Source of the DNA: Nemertoderma westbladi
Taxonomy: Eukaryota > Animalia > Xenacoelomorpha
Reading direction: 5' to 3'
NCBI GenBank assembly: GCA_032718475.1
Contig: JAUCBJ010008639.1
Location: forward strand, 1-33,344
DNA: 33,344 bases
The position numbers were made by a program, and so were the translations under genes. Position 1 is the stretch's first letter, and every line of letters begins with the position of its first letter. The notes beneath the pieces are model-generated. The model was given only the letters and a program-made list of their open reading frames with translations, did no database searches and had not been told where the DNA came from. Shown piece by piece: positions 9,701 to 21,977 of the stretch.

Positions 9701-12700
9701 TCTGAAGAGACAACCCAACTAGAGTTGGAAAATCTTCAAGCGAAGCAAGATTACTTAAATAAACGGAGAACAGCTACTCAGATGCAGCTGCTGAGTTGAT
9801 CTACTCCCAGGAGACAGGGATTTACATCCTCTGATGAGGGCGATACAACAGATCCTGAAGGTAGAGGAAATAAATCTCGTTCCAGTGGACGTAGAAGAAC
9901 GCCACACCGGCAGAAGTTGCCTAATTTGCCTCCGGCTGTGAGAAGGCAACTAGCTAGTGTAGATTTAAGTTATCCTGAGCCTACAGACCAAAGTATTAGA
10001 GTAGAAAGACTCCCTACTATAGTAGATGAGCCCGAAATAATTAGGCCCGTCATTGAAGTCACTCCAGTACTAGAGACCCCTGTACTTCCAGAACCTAACT
10101 CTAAATTCCCTTTGCACAGTACTAAACTACCTATGCCCAGTAGACTAGCCCCGGAATCACTCCCGGTCCTGGACGCCGAGCAAGACATAAATGACTTGTC
10201 TCCCGTCGTCCCCACGCGTCACCCGGCTACCATGTTGGCGGCTCCCGCTTCGGCGGTTGAGTGGGTAGACGAGGGACGGTGGGGGATGGATCGCCTGCTC
10301 GGGCAGCTGGAAGACCATAAAAGGAGGTCTTCACAGCAGGTCCGTGAATTGGAAGGGACTGTTCAGCAGTTAAAGGGAACAGTAAGAGAGAGTAGGTTAG
10401 AGTTGCAAGAAGTGCAACAAAGTATCGCTTTAGAGCGCGATAAATTAGTAAATATACAAATGGGTATACCACCACCCCCTGTAACAATATGTCAACCTGT
10501 TAGGTGTGAAGTATTTCATGCGCAAGGTGTGGAGCCTACACGCATCTATACTGCTAGTGAAGTAGAAACTCGTATAGTAAACCCTATTAAGGGTAATTAT
10601 AAACCCTTTGATAATGATATCCCATACAGATCTGATCATAATCCGAGAAATTTATATACCGATAACTCGATATTAAATAATACAATGGCTCAAGAAAGTT
10701 TTACACGTAAAATGGCTAGAACTGAAGCCCGTCAAGCGGTAAAGGTGGGAGAGGTCGTCAAGTTCAATGGAGATGAGATGAAATGGTTACCTTTTAATGA
10801 ATATTATAAAGATAACATACAGAACTCTGTACCATCTAACGGAGAGAAACTTAGATTCCTCATTGAGTGCCTGGAAGGACCTCCCAAGTTAATGGCGTTA
10901 AAGTTTATTGGACATCCAGATGGATTAAGACAAGTTTGGGATACACTAAACATCAGGTATGGTAATAGGACTAACATAGCTAGGTACTTGTATGCGAAAT
11001 TAGTAGCGCCCCGAAAGTTTCTTAGCAGCGGGATTATAGAGTTTTCCGATGAGATTCAGGAGATCTGTAGACAGCTAGATTGGTTAGGTAAGTCTCAGGA
11101 ATATCAGAGTTCTATGGTTGTTGGAGCCGTAGCATCTACTTTGCCAAAAGGTGGAGTAGGTACTCGTTGGGACAAATGGGTTCTCTATATAATGGACCAG
11201 CAACAAAGAGACCCTACCATGGCTGATCTCATGTCATTCTTAAATGGTGAGGTAAGATTACAGCTCCTAAAGCAGTCCCGAGAGAAGACACCGGAAAGTA
11301 AGGTGAGTGAAAAACCCGTTTCTAGGAGAAAGGTAACACCAGTGTGTTATACGGACGATGGCAAAAGCCAAACCTCATACGAGGAAAACAGCGGTAAGGA
11401 CACTGAAAGATCTTATTATGTCAATAAAATGAGAAAAGACGTAAGTAAATCTAAGTCTCAAACCAGTGACAGGAGAGAACAGGTAACAACTCCTCCTCCT
11501 AAGAAAGCCCGAGGAAAGAACAAGTGTGCACAACACCACACAGGTTAAAGTAAGTAATATCAAACCCAAATGTGCATTGTGCGACGGGCCACATTGCTTG
11601 AGTGGGTGTGATGAATTCTTGAAGAAATCCCTTAAGGATAGACGTGATGTCATGTGGGATAAGCGGTTGAGTTATAATTGCCTAAGACGAGGACACCAAC
11701 AGCGGACCTGTTACTCAGATGCTAGGTGTGCAATGTGCGGCGCAAAACATCATATCTTGCTGCACACAGAATTTGACAGAACCCGCACGAGTCAGGTAAG
11801 TGAGCCCGAACTACATATCCAATTCAGTGATGTGAACGACCCTGACCACAGCTCTGAGATGGAAGGATTCTACACGGACGAATTCTCCGACGAAAATGAA
11901 TCCTGTTATATGATAAACACCGCGGAGTATCGAGCACTTACGTATGAGACTGAAACTGACAATGAAGATCCTCGACTGACTATTCCGGACCGACAACCAT
12001 CTTGGAAAGCGCCAACTTCCTCTGTCGGAATCCGGGAATTTCCTGTGGTTCAGCTGAGAGTCCATGGGCTAGGGACGAGCCTGATAGTAAACGCCCTCCT
12101 TGACTCCGGCAGCACAGGTACATTCATTGACAAAGAACTAGCCAAAGACATCTTTGCTGGACAACCCAAGTTCCGAACTAAGTTGAACCTTTCAGGAATT
12201 ATGCAGGTTTGGAAATCCACAGTAGCCACAGATTACTACGTGGGTGCGTTGTCCACTCCTCAGGATGAACTAGGAGAACATAGCGTAAGGTCAGTAAAAA
12301 TGGTGGTGATAAAGAACTTTGCTACTAGCCAAGTGGAACCTTACAACTGGGATGAAGACCATTTTACCCAGCAACATAATATACCTAGATTCAACACTGA
12401 CTATCCAGGGGTCCAGATATTAATGGGCCAAAATGCGCACGAAGCGCTTGAGACATTAGAAAAACGGCCTGCTCGACCGCAACCATTACAAACGTACGCG
12501 TGAAGAACGAGAGTAGGTTGGTACTTCACTGGACCTTCCCGTAGAACTCTAAGGGAAAGACTCCCTAATGAGAGAGTACATCAGGTGAGTGAATGGGAAG
12601 AAGAAATCAGTGAGGGAGAAACCACACCTGAGGGAACACCATACTCCTCAGACAATGACGATATTAACCAATTGTATGACGAGGAAAATACAATCGACCT

Positions 12701-12734
12701 CCTCACCAACAATCAAGCTTGGATGACTAAAGAG

Positions 12735-14010
12735 GTGAGGTCTCTATAAGGGTGTCCAAAACAGGCGGCGGCGGACTCGTGAGGGTCTAGGGACACGTTA
12801 AATCGATTTTATAGTGCAAGGGAGTTACTGAAGGCCCTCGTGTCTAGCGAACCATGAATCAACATGGTGCCGTGGTACCGTCTAGTCGGCCTGTTGCTGT
12901 ACTGGTAGTCCTGTACACAGTAGAGGTGGTGGCTTGGTGTGATCTGTGGTCTATGTGGCAGGTCTATGTTTGGTATGTATGAGTTGACCAGACTCTTTAC
13001 TGTCTCCGATCGGCTGCCAAAACGTGTCTTTTCCCAGGGTAGCACTATTGGAATGGAGGTGTTGCATCGGAATGGGCAGGATTCTGATGATTCTGTTGGT
13101 ACTACTATTGGAATGGAGGTAGGACCTGGAATATCTGCTGCAAGGAGGGGATGGTGTTGTAGTATGGTCCGAATAAATGATACTCTGGAATCTGTGGTTT
13201 GTGTGTGGACGATCAGTGGCAGTTTGCTTAAGCTTCCTGTTGCTGTGGGTACGTGGTATACGTGAGTGTGTGTATGGCCACTGCGAGTGAGTATGGGAAA
13301 CCTTGCCAGTCGGTTCAGTCGCCGCTGGTTATTAGTAGGACCATATCTTTACTGCGCCCCAGCATACTTTGTGCACACAAAGTTATTTTGCCCTGACGGC
13401 AAAATAAGGTACTCTCGACTCTTTTATCAGTCAATACAATTTTGTCCCCTCTGATTTTGTCACCGATTTGTCTTTCCCGATTATGTCCTCTGTGTGTGCA
13501 TGGTATGTGTCCGATTTTGTGTTTACCGTTGTGTACTTGATTTCGTGAGCATCTGTTGAGTACACGTGTACAGTGACTAGTAAGTGGTGACTTGTTCTTA
13601 GCTTTTAAGCTAGACAGTATTGTCTTTCAATACTGCCGACGAGGCGGGTGAAAACGTGTCAATATTCCATGTTGGGTAGCGCAAGCCCACTTGGGACAAG
13701 ACCGTCGGTTTGGCTCAAGGGCGACCTTGATGCTCGATCGCTATCGACTGGTCCACCCGCCGGTTGATTCTCTGAGTTGGCTCAATGTACAGTCAGGCCA
13801 CAGTAAGTTGACAGTAGCCGACCATCTGGCTACACCGACGAGCTGTGCCGGTGTGATCAGGGGATTGAAAATTGAACCTGGGAAGCATCGGGCTACCCTC
13901 CGGCCCGGTCTGATAAAAACGGAGTCAGACTGGCCCCAAGGGTGGTGGGACAGCGTCCGCCTCGTGGGTGCGCCTCGTAGAGGATCCCAGAAGGACGCAA
14001 GCGAAACCAA
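12735..14010. mobile_element. 1,276-bp non-coding insertion between PR and RT, with no conventional TSD
   Basis: Removing GTGAGG...ACCAA joins ACT AAA GAG to GTA AAC TTG TGC (TKE-VNLC) in frame. Only GT is shared at the two junctions. The insert contains several hairpins. Confidence 0.75.
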
Positions 14011-17000
14011 GTAAACTTGTGCCATCTTATCGATCAGCATGGTGGACAATTTACTTATAATGACGAATTGAACGAAGTGATAGATCGATATAATAACAAA
14101 ATCCATGATGAACACACCGTACGATTCTTTACTCAAGAAGCCGTGGAGCCTAATTCCTACAACAAAGCTTTGTCCGTCGAGGAAGTGAGAGCCAAGCAGA
14201 TTCAGGAAACGACAACTCATTATTTGAAAGATGAAGGTCGCTATGAGATTGGTCTTCCGTTCAGACGGCGAGAACCCAACTTTATAAATAACCGACCTTT
14301 AGCAGAAAAAAGAATGAACCACGAATGTATTATCTAACACATCATTACGTTCCCAAGCCCGGTAAACCCAACAAAGTCCGGGTAGTGTTCGACGGCTCCG
14401 CCCTTTACATGGGTCAATCCCTGAACTCAGAACTGTTGCCGGGACCCAACTTACTCCAATCCTTGTTGGGAATATTATTAAGACTGCGGCAATATTCTAT
14501 CGCTTTTGCTTCGGATATAGAAGGCATGTTCTTACAAGTCAAGGCGCTGGATAGGGATCGAGACAGCCTACGATTTCTGTGGTGGCCTGAAGGAGACCTC
14601 AACCAAAAACCGGTGGAGTACTGGATGACCATCCAGGCTTTCGGGATCATCTCGAGTCCCTCGAACGCTTGTTCAGTAGTGCTGATTACAACCGAGACGC
14701 CTTCTCTAAAGCGGTTATCGACAACATCAAACGGGATATATACATGGACAACAATTTAAAGTCCCTCCCATCGGTGGAAGAAGCCATTGATGTTGCCAAA
14801 GCAATGGTGGAGTGCTTGCAATGCGGTGGATTTCGACTAACCAAATTCACTAGTAACTCCCGTGAGTTTCTGGAATCGATCCCGGTAAAAGACCGAGGTG
14901 TTAAAGATCTAGACCTCATCAAGGACGATCTTCCGGAAACCAAAACACTTGGTTTAAAATGGGCCACGGAGAGAGATATCTTGTTTTTCCAGTTAAAACA
15001 GCGAGATAATCCAGTTAGAACTAAACGGATTTGCCTAAGTATCCTGAGCACTTATTTCGATCCATTGGGATTTATTAGCCCAGTTATATTGGTTGCTCGG
15101 AGCTTAGTACAACAAATGTGGCTTGAAAACCACTCGTGGGATGATCCACTTAAGGGAGAACTACTAAAGAAGTGGTTGAAATGGGAAGATTCTCCACCAT
15201 CCATCGAGAACTTTAGGATTTCCCGTTCATATTTTGGTCACGTTCTCCCCACGTATTCCTATCAACTCCATGTGTTTGGAGACGCCAGCGATATGGGAAT
15301 AGGTATAGTAGCCTACCTGAGAGTTGAAACTCCAGATGGAATTAAAGTTGCCTTGGTCACCTCTAAGGCCTTGATAAACAACAAACTACGAGTTCCTCGA
15401 GCGGAGTTAAAGGCGGCTCTATATGCTACAGCCATCGGCCGGAATGTAACAGAACAGATCGACTATCCACTGGAGAAAACTGTCTATTGGACTGATGCTT
15501 TACTCGTTCTGGAATATATAACCAATGAAGTCTGCCAGTTCAGCGTCTTTGTTACCAACAGAGTAGCCATTATACTTAGTCGCTCTAATGTAGATCAATG
15601 GAGACATTGCCCTGGGACGATTAATCCAGCCGACATCACCTCTAGAGGAGCAACCCCTCAAGAACTGATAGATACTCCAGACTGGCTAGGTGGACCCGAC
15701 TTCCTAAGTAAAGAAGAGGATGAATGGCCTCCTCATCTCACCACGGCTGAGATTAGACAAGCCAAGGGAGCGGAGAAAGTAAAACCTATAACCCAGATGA
15801 GTAAATCAAAGTTATTTAAACCCGTGATAGATCTGTCTGTATTACACATCTCCAGGGACGACGCTATGGATCTAAACTCCCCCACCACGAACAAATCTGT
15901 TATAGAAATCAGAGAAAGAGACTGGAAATCTGGAACACTAGACATCTCGCAAGGACTCTCACCTCTCTTGCAGATAGCGATAAATCATTATAGCTCCTGG
16001 AATCGACTTTGTAAGGCCGTTGTGTATCTCAAGAGATGTTTCCATCATCACTATTCCAGGACGAAGATCGCTAATGATACCGCTCCAACAATATCCGAAA
16101 AGGTCCATGCTATTAACGATCTGCCCACTTACAAAGTGTCGGATAGGTTTCTGATGGAGAAGATCAGTTACCAAGAGCATGAGGAAACCAATAAACAGAT
16201 ACTGAGACTTCTGCAATGCTATGAAGATCCCAATAAGTATTTCCTGTTGTTGAGAAATCCACAGATGCGCTTAAGGGATCGTTTCTCTAGCACAATGATA
16301 GATGGGTTAATACGTGTTGGAGGGAGACTAACTAATGCTCCATTGTCCTTTGACACTAAGTTTCCCATGCTCAATAGAAATCTTGAAATACAAATCAAAA
16401 TGATTGTAGATTTTCACAGTAGGCTTTACCATGCTGGTAGAGAACGAGTTCTTAGCGAAATTCGAACTCGCTATTATTTCCCTAAGCCCCGTAGAGCTCT
16501 GAACCAAGTTCTTAGGAACTGTATACCCTGTAGGAAAGCATTCAGTAGGCCTTTAACACAGCGAGAGGCAGAATTACCTAGGGAACGAGTAAGCTTCTAT
16601 GAACCACCCTTTACTAATACTGGTGTGGATTTATTTGGCCCTATTGAAGTATATCGTGCTAGGACTATAGTCAAGCGATGGTGTGTCATCTTTGTCTGTA
16701 TGACTTGTAGAGCGATCCATCTAGATATGGTGAACGATCTATCTACCAACAGCTTCATACTGAGTTTACGCCAACAGATCGCTCGCTTTGGAACTAGCAA
16801 CACGATGACATCCGACAAGGGAACGAACTTCATTGGTGCCAATAATGAGATCAAAGCTTATGTGAAAGATTGGAACCAAAGACAGGTAGATGATCAGCTA
16901 AGGGTAACAGCATCTAGCTGGACCTTCAACGCCGCCGACGCCCCTTGGTGGGGAGGAAGTTGGGAGAGATTGATAAGGAGCGTGAAGACCGCATTTCACT

Positions 17001-17627
17001 TTATAGTGCCGTGCTGCGCGTATCTCACTGACGAACGTTTGCGGACGTTAATGGAAGAAATTGCTGCCTATCTTAACGAGAGACCGCTTATGCCAGTCTC
17101 ATCGAGTCCCGACTCCCTAGAAGCGCTAACACCCGCGCATTTCCTACTAAAGAAACCTGTAGCCATGCTCCCGCAATCGGAAATCACGGACGGAGACGAA
17201 TACTGCCGACAAACTTGGCAACTTATGCAGTTATTATCCCGTCGTTTCGCTGACCATTTCGAAAAACATTATCTCCCTACGCTACCACTTCGAACAAAGT
17301 GGTTTGCGCAGCAAGAAAACGTCAGCGCTGGAGACATGGTCCTTATTGTGGAATCAGATCTTCCACGAAAGCGGTGGCAGACGGGTCGTATCATCGAGAC
17401 TCATATATCCGATGATGGTTTAGTGCGATCAGTAGAACTCGTCGTCATGCGACGTAACTTTTAAGAAACCTGGAATTGTATTCGAAACACAACAACTCAA
17501 TCGCCCAGTTGGTAGTTTATGTTTACTGGAAAGAGACCGAGAACTATCCGGAAACTATGGAAGGCAAGATACTCTTCCCATGACCACCTCCCTAATCCAA
17601 CAAACATCTAGGGACTCCTCAATGTAA
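14011..17627 (+). pseudogene. pol: BEL/Pao pol: RT, RNase H, integrase and C-terminal domain
   Basis: GRYEIGLPF; YYLTHHYV...KVRVVFDGS...GPNLL...DIEGMFLQV...LRFLW...FGIISSP; YMDN (for YxDD); LHVFGDAS...PRAELKAA...WTDA...NPADITSRG; H-H-CxxC; VDLFGP...SDKGTNF...WERLIRSVK. A frameshift at ~17461 continues to RPVGSLCLLE and a stop at 17627. There is a deletion near 14320 and a frameshift near 14670. Confidence 0.96.
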
Positions 17628-18168
17628 CAGCGTATGGAGTGGGTGTGTGACTGACTACATTATTTTGTATTTGTTTTTATTATTTTTATATTTATGTATG
17701 TATTATTACGTAATTTTAAAATTATAATCGTTTTGTTTAATTTTATTTAGTAGAATATTATTTTAGCGATTATTCAGTAGATTAGTGCAATATATATTCG
17801 TGTTTATTACTTAATTACTTTTTTTATATATTTCGTTTAACGGTGAGAAATAATCCATTTTCTCTTTCCTTACTGTCCATATCATATTTTAAATACGTGA
17901 CTACAGTAAGATGAAATGTCCGTACTTATGAAAGTACAATACCGCCCCTACTATACATACTAATACACCTACCATACATACTACCATATATTAGGAATGC
18001 AAAGTTCAGATCCTCGTGTCTCGGCTAAACCAAGCTCTGGGTAGACCTTGGAAACGACTTGCCTCTTCTCACTGACATTGCTTCTTGCAATATTGCTCTC
18101 ATACCATATATTAAATGATACATATAGTAGAATGATGTCCACTTAACAGTAGCGTAAAAATGCAAAAT

Positions 18169-18580
18169 AAATCTGTTAAACCCTTTGACCATCTGAATTT
18201 CTAGTCGATTAAGATATCGCGGCACCCACCGATATACTTGAAAGACAAAATTCTAGAATCAGTGGTTAACGTCCCCAGACATGTTCTGGAATAGATAGGT
18301 GCCCATCTTGAATATTAAATATTTAATAAATATTTATAAAATCTATTAAAACAAATGTTATAATAGAGTAAAAAGCAGACAAATAAACTCTAAGGAGTTT
18401 GTAAACCAAGAAAATTTATAAATAAAAAATCTGTTAAAATTCAGATCCTTTAAAATTCTAGTCGATTAAGATATCGTAGCACTTACCGATACTCTTAAAA
18501 AGACAAAATTCCTAGAATTAAGGATCCTAGTCCCCAGACCTGTTCTGGAATAAAATTGTGTCCATTTTAATATCAAATAA
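18169..18580. repeat. Diverged ~150-bp direct repeat pair in the pol-ORF3 spacer
   Basis: AAATCTGTTAAA...TTCTAGTCGATTAAGATATCG...AAGACAAAATT...GTCCCCAGACmTGTTCTGGAATA at ~18169-18320 and ~18428-18580. Confidence 0.85.
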
Positions 18581-19380
18581 TAAAATTTACGGGAATAAAT
18601 TTTAAATTCATATCCTCTCATGAATTTGATAAATTTGATAAAATTTATACAATTTATAACATTCCCAAAATTCCATTAATTAATAGATCATGGGAGCGGA
18701 GATTCACCCTATTAAGTATATTAGTGTGCGAGAATCTCCAGTGTATAGTCAATAGCCGATAAAATTCATAAATCATGTATAAAGGGGAATATTGACAATT
18801 AAAGAATTACTATTAAATGGCATCCCAGATCTGTATGCATGAGAATTACCCTAATTCTACTGCTAGCTTTCCATAATGTCACCATAGCAACAACCACGCT
18901 AGAATTAGGAGCGAGTTAAAAGAACAATAGAAAGCTTGCCCCATTGAATAGCATACGGAATAAATAGCACCCTGCTAGTATCCAGGGATACATAATAATA
19001 ACGTGGCATTCTGGAAGGCACTTGACTAACGGACAAATGGCCCGAATGTGTACAATTTGTGACAGGTGTGTGGAATTTGTGCATTTATAGGTGAATGTTA
19101 CTACTAAAGTATGATTACAGTAGCGAGTCGCAGTTGTGAAAGTTACCCTGCCTCTGTAGCAAGAACCTGAAGTAATTCTAAGCCCTTGGGATGGACAGTG
19201 GAGTGACTCACGCTGGTTATTGTTGTTGTTGTGTAGCTACTACGTTGGTGAGAGGCACAGCGATGACAGTACATCAGCGCTGAGGATCTTGTGCTGTCCG
19301 GGGGCATTCAGGGGGAGGCAGCGACGACCGCTAGCCTAAATTATAATTAATTATAATAGCAATAAACTCATATAGCAGCT

Positions 19381-21900
19381 ATGACGGAGTTGATAGAAGA
19401 TGATCTTGGTATCAGGGAGCGATATACCCAGCCATTGCAAGCGTTTGTTGATAGTTTAATAAGCCATCATAAGCCATCAAAACCATAATTCATCCCTCGA
19501 TGGTTCCCCATTTTGGAGACAAACTCTTCGCCACGGTACAACCCCAACCGGTTGATATCAACCTAAGATCTAGAGATCTTATAGCTGACGCTCCTATGTT
19601 ACAACGTCCGCCAATCGAGGCCACTCGTGTTGATGGCATATTGACGCTAGCGAACGCTAGCGATATTGACGGTTGATTGACGCTAGCGAATGTGCCACCT
19701 TATGGCATCCAGTGGGTATGACCATAGAAAACGCCACTAAAGAGTGGAACAAAACTCTTAACGTTATCGAAATGTATGGAGTTGTCACTTACGATAACAA
19801 AGGTAGCGTTCTGGTTGGAGAACTGGGAACTACGCGAATGATACACATACGTGGACTAGCTGGTTCTACCCATGTGTTTACTCGAGCGTGTTCCGACGTG
19901 ATGATTATTCTTTTGAGACTCTCACCGAGATACAAAAGAAACTCCGACATGGACAATTCGAACTCGCACAGCGTTACGTCACTGATACCGAGCGCAAACC
20001 GGCCATGGGTATAGATGGATCGATGTTACCCCAGCCAGTGCTCGAGATGTTGTTTAACGAAAGAATCCTTAAAATCGGCTCAGCTGTTTATGGAGATCTC
20101 CAGAATGACTTCAGGAACATGGAGAATATCCCATATCCTTTCGTAGACACCCAGCTGATTGCTCCCTGGGCAGAAGGCCGAGGTTTCTTCCGAACTATAT
20201 ATGCCAATACATCCAGCGGCATCAATAAAGTACAACAAACCTCCATCGGACATCTTGCCTTCCTAGAATATGGATGGAATTTCAAAGTCGGAAACCCTAT
20301 CAGCTATCAACAAGTATATGGTGATCATTATTCTCGATTATACTTCGACGGACCATTAACTGCACCTGGTGTTGTTTATAGCTTCATGAGTGTTCCACTT
20401 CGTCCCTCATTAGCTATATACACTATCTTCAAGAACGCCGCACTTGTCAGTTGGCTAGCCGATGTGTGCAGTCGCACTATACGCGCCCATCCCTTGTTAC
20501 TCGGAACCAAACTCGCCAAGCTAGATGAACACAATAAATTCATCCGATTCGAATGCTTTAGGCGCTTTCTGACTCTGTTCCGTAACGTTGATAGTCAGTT
20601 CAAGGACCGCGCTCTGACTAAGCTCAGCCTAAGAGACTCAGCTGCTGAGTGAGAAGTTAGACAGTGCTGGATTCGCCATTTTCAAGGACGTTTGTATACA
20701 GAACTTACATTCCTCTGTTATACAAAGACCCCGAATCCACACGCAGGTTATTCTATCGTGGAAGTCCAAACAGTGGGTTTGCTTGAGGAGACAGCTAGAC
20801 CTACCTCAGCTATGCAATTGGAAGATGAACCAATTTGCTTAGAGTCCGAGGAGATTCAACCCACAGCGCCCAGAAGCAGTGACAACGACTACGTCCTGGA
20901 ATGGTATCAAGGTCCACAATGTCTCACCGCATATGATTATCGGCATGCCAATTATGTTTCTAGGAAACGTTGCCGATTATGCGCATCACGAGACCACTTC
21001 ACCCCGGTGGACTCCAGCGTACCCTGCTCCTACTTTTAAGATCAACCTACCCTGGAGATCTATTGTGCGTATTGTAGACTCAATAACTTACACACCCTCG
21101 CAGTCTGCCCTCAATTTATGACTCAATGCCATCATTGCCAGTTTAAAGGACACGCAAGTTTTGATTGCCCTTTCAACCGAGATATAGAAAGCGTAGACGA
21201 AATGGTTGCCCTTTGCTATATTCGCGTCTGGGAAGCTAACGCAGATCTCCATTGCGAATCACGTCATCGGTACTACCCTGGACGTGCCTATGAAGGAGTC
21301 TATGCATTTTACCCATATCTCTTTGCTTCAGTTGAGCAAAAATCTCGCACACCTAGCTACGAGTTAATGAAGCGTGTTGGCGAGAATATTTCGACCAAAT
21401 TTGTTCGCAAGTATCTTAGGAATATTAATCCTAACGACCTTAATTCCTATAACTTGATCAACTTCATCCGTCAAGATCCGGAATATGGTGACTTGTTCAT
21501 GAACTCGCATCCAGAACTACAAGAAGTTCATAGACGACCCTATGAATATAGAGCCCGCGAACGTGAGTTGGAAAGAACCATCAAACCGAGGAAATTTCTC
21601 ACTACTCACAGTCCGCCTACCGCTCTCGTGCAAATGACCCGTCAGGGACCAGTAAGAGCTGCTGTCCTGAAACGCGCTCTAAAGGTTGTTCGACCTTGTT
21701 CCACTGAGGTTGGTATCGATCAACCGGGTACCTCAACCGGTGGATATACCGACCGTAATCCTAAACCTTCCGATGCAATTGTATTGCACCCCTCCCCCAG
21801 GAGTTATAGCCCTCCTAGTAAAGTGGGTCATCCCAAAGAGAAAAGGACTCTTACTAGCCTCAAAAAACTTCGTAAACGCCGTTCACGAAAGAAGGACTAA
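19381..21900 (+). pseudogene. Extra ORF3: DEDDy-like 3'-5' exonuclease domain, three CCHC zinc knuckles and a basic tail
   Basis: ORFs 19888, 20692 and 21118 are one frame broken only by stops at 20650 and 21037. Motifs: VVTYDNKG (ExoI-like, D at 19793, upstream frame); LPQPVLEMLFNERILKIGSAVYGD...FVDTQLIA (WRN/EXD ExoII block); PLRPSLAIY (ExoIII-like); knuckles at 20971-21168; C-terminal KKLRKRRSRKKD. The start at 19381 is tentative. Confidence 0.75.
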
Positions 21901-21969
21901 TCGTTTAGAGTATTTTTATATTTTTGAAACTGTGATTTTTATATTTTATAGACTTAAATCCCATTTTCT

Positions 21970-21977
21970 GGGAGCGG
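21970..21977 (+). promoter_or_regulatory. Polypurine tract
   Basis: GGGAGCGG directly abuts the TGT of the 3' LTR. Confidence 0.8.

Larger units (their letters stand above)
8295..12734 (+). pseudogene. gag: BEL/Pao gag-protease part of the polyprotein, with a long N-terminal extension
   Basis: ORFs 8588, 9086 and 9917 share one frame (stops at 9071 and 9797), with frameshifts near 8520 and 11530. Motifs: Pao Gag core KFNGDEMKWLPF...EKLRFLIECLEG...LNIRYG; knuckles CALCDGPHCLSGC, YNCLRRGHQQRTC, CAMCGAKHHILLH; protease ALLDSGSTGTFI and YA*RTRVGWYFTG (premature stop at 12501). Confidence 0.92.

Noticed and set aside
11520-11550. Programmed gag-pol frameshift
   Set aside because: No slippery heptamer is present, the shift lies before the Gag knuckles, BEL/Pao usually encode one polyprotein, and the copy has many other lesions.
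12736-14009. Solo LTR (TG...CA)
   Set aside because: The flanks AGAGG and AGTAA are not a duplicated target site.
13905-14010. Hammerhead ribozyme (CTGATAA...CGAAAC)
   Set aside because: The core deviates from CUGANGA and I could not build the three stems; left to a covariance-model search.
12735-14011. Spliceosomal intron (AG|GTGAGG ... AG)
   Set aside because: Splicing GT to the AG at 14010-14011 would give GAG TAA, an in-frame stop, and there is no polypyrimidine tract.
19381-21900. Envelope glycoprotein
   Set aside because: It is in the env position, but no signal peptide or transmembrane anchor is visible, and the motifs point to an exonuclease with zinc knuckles.
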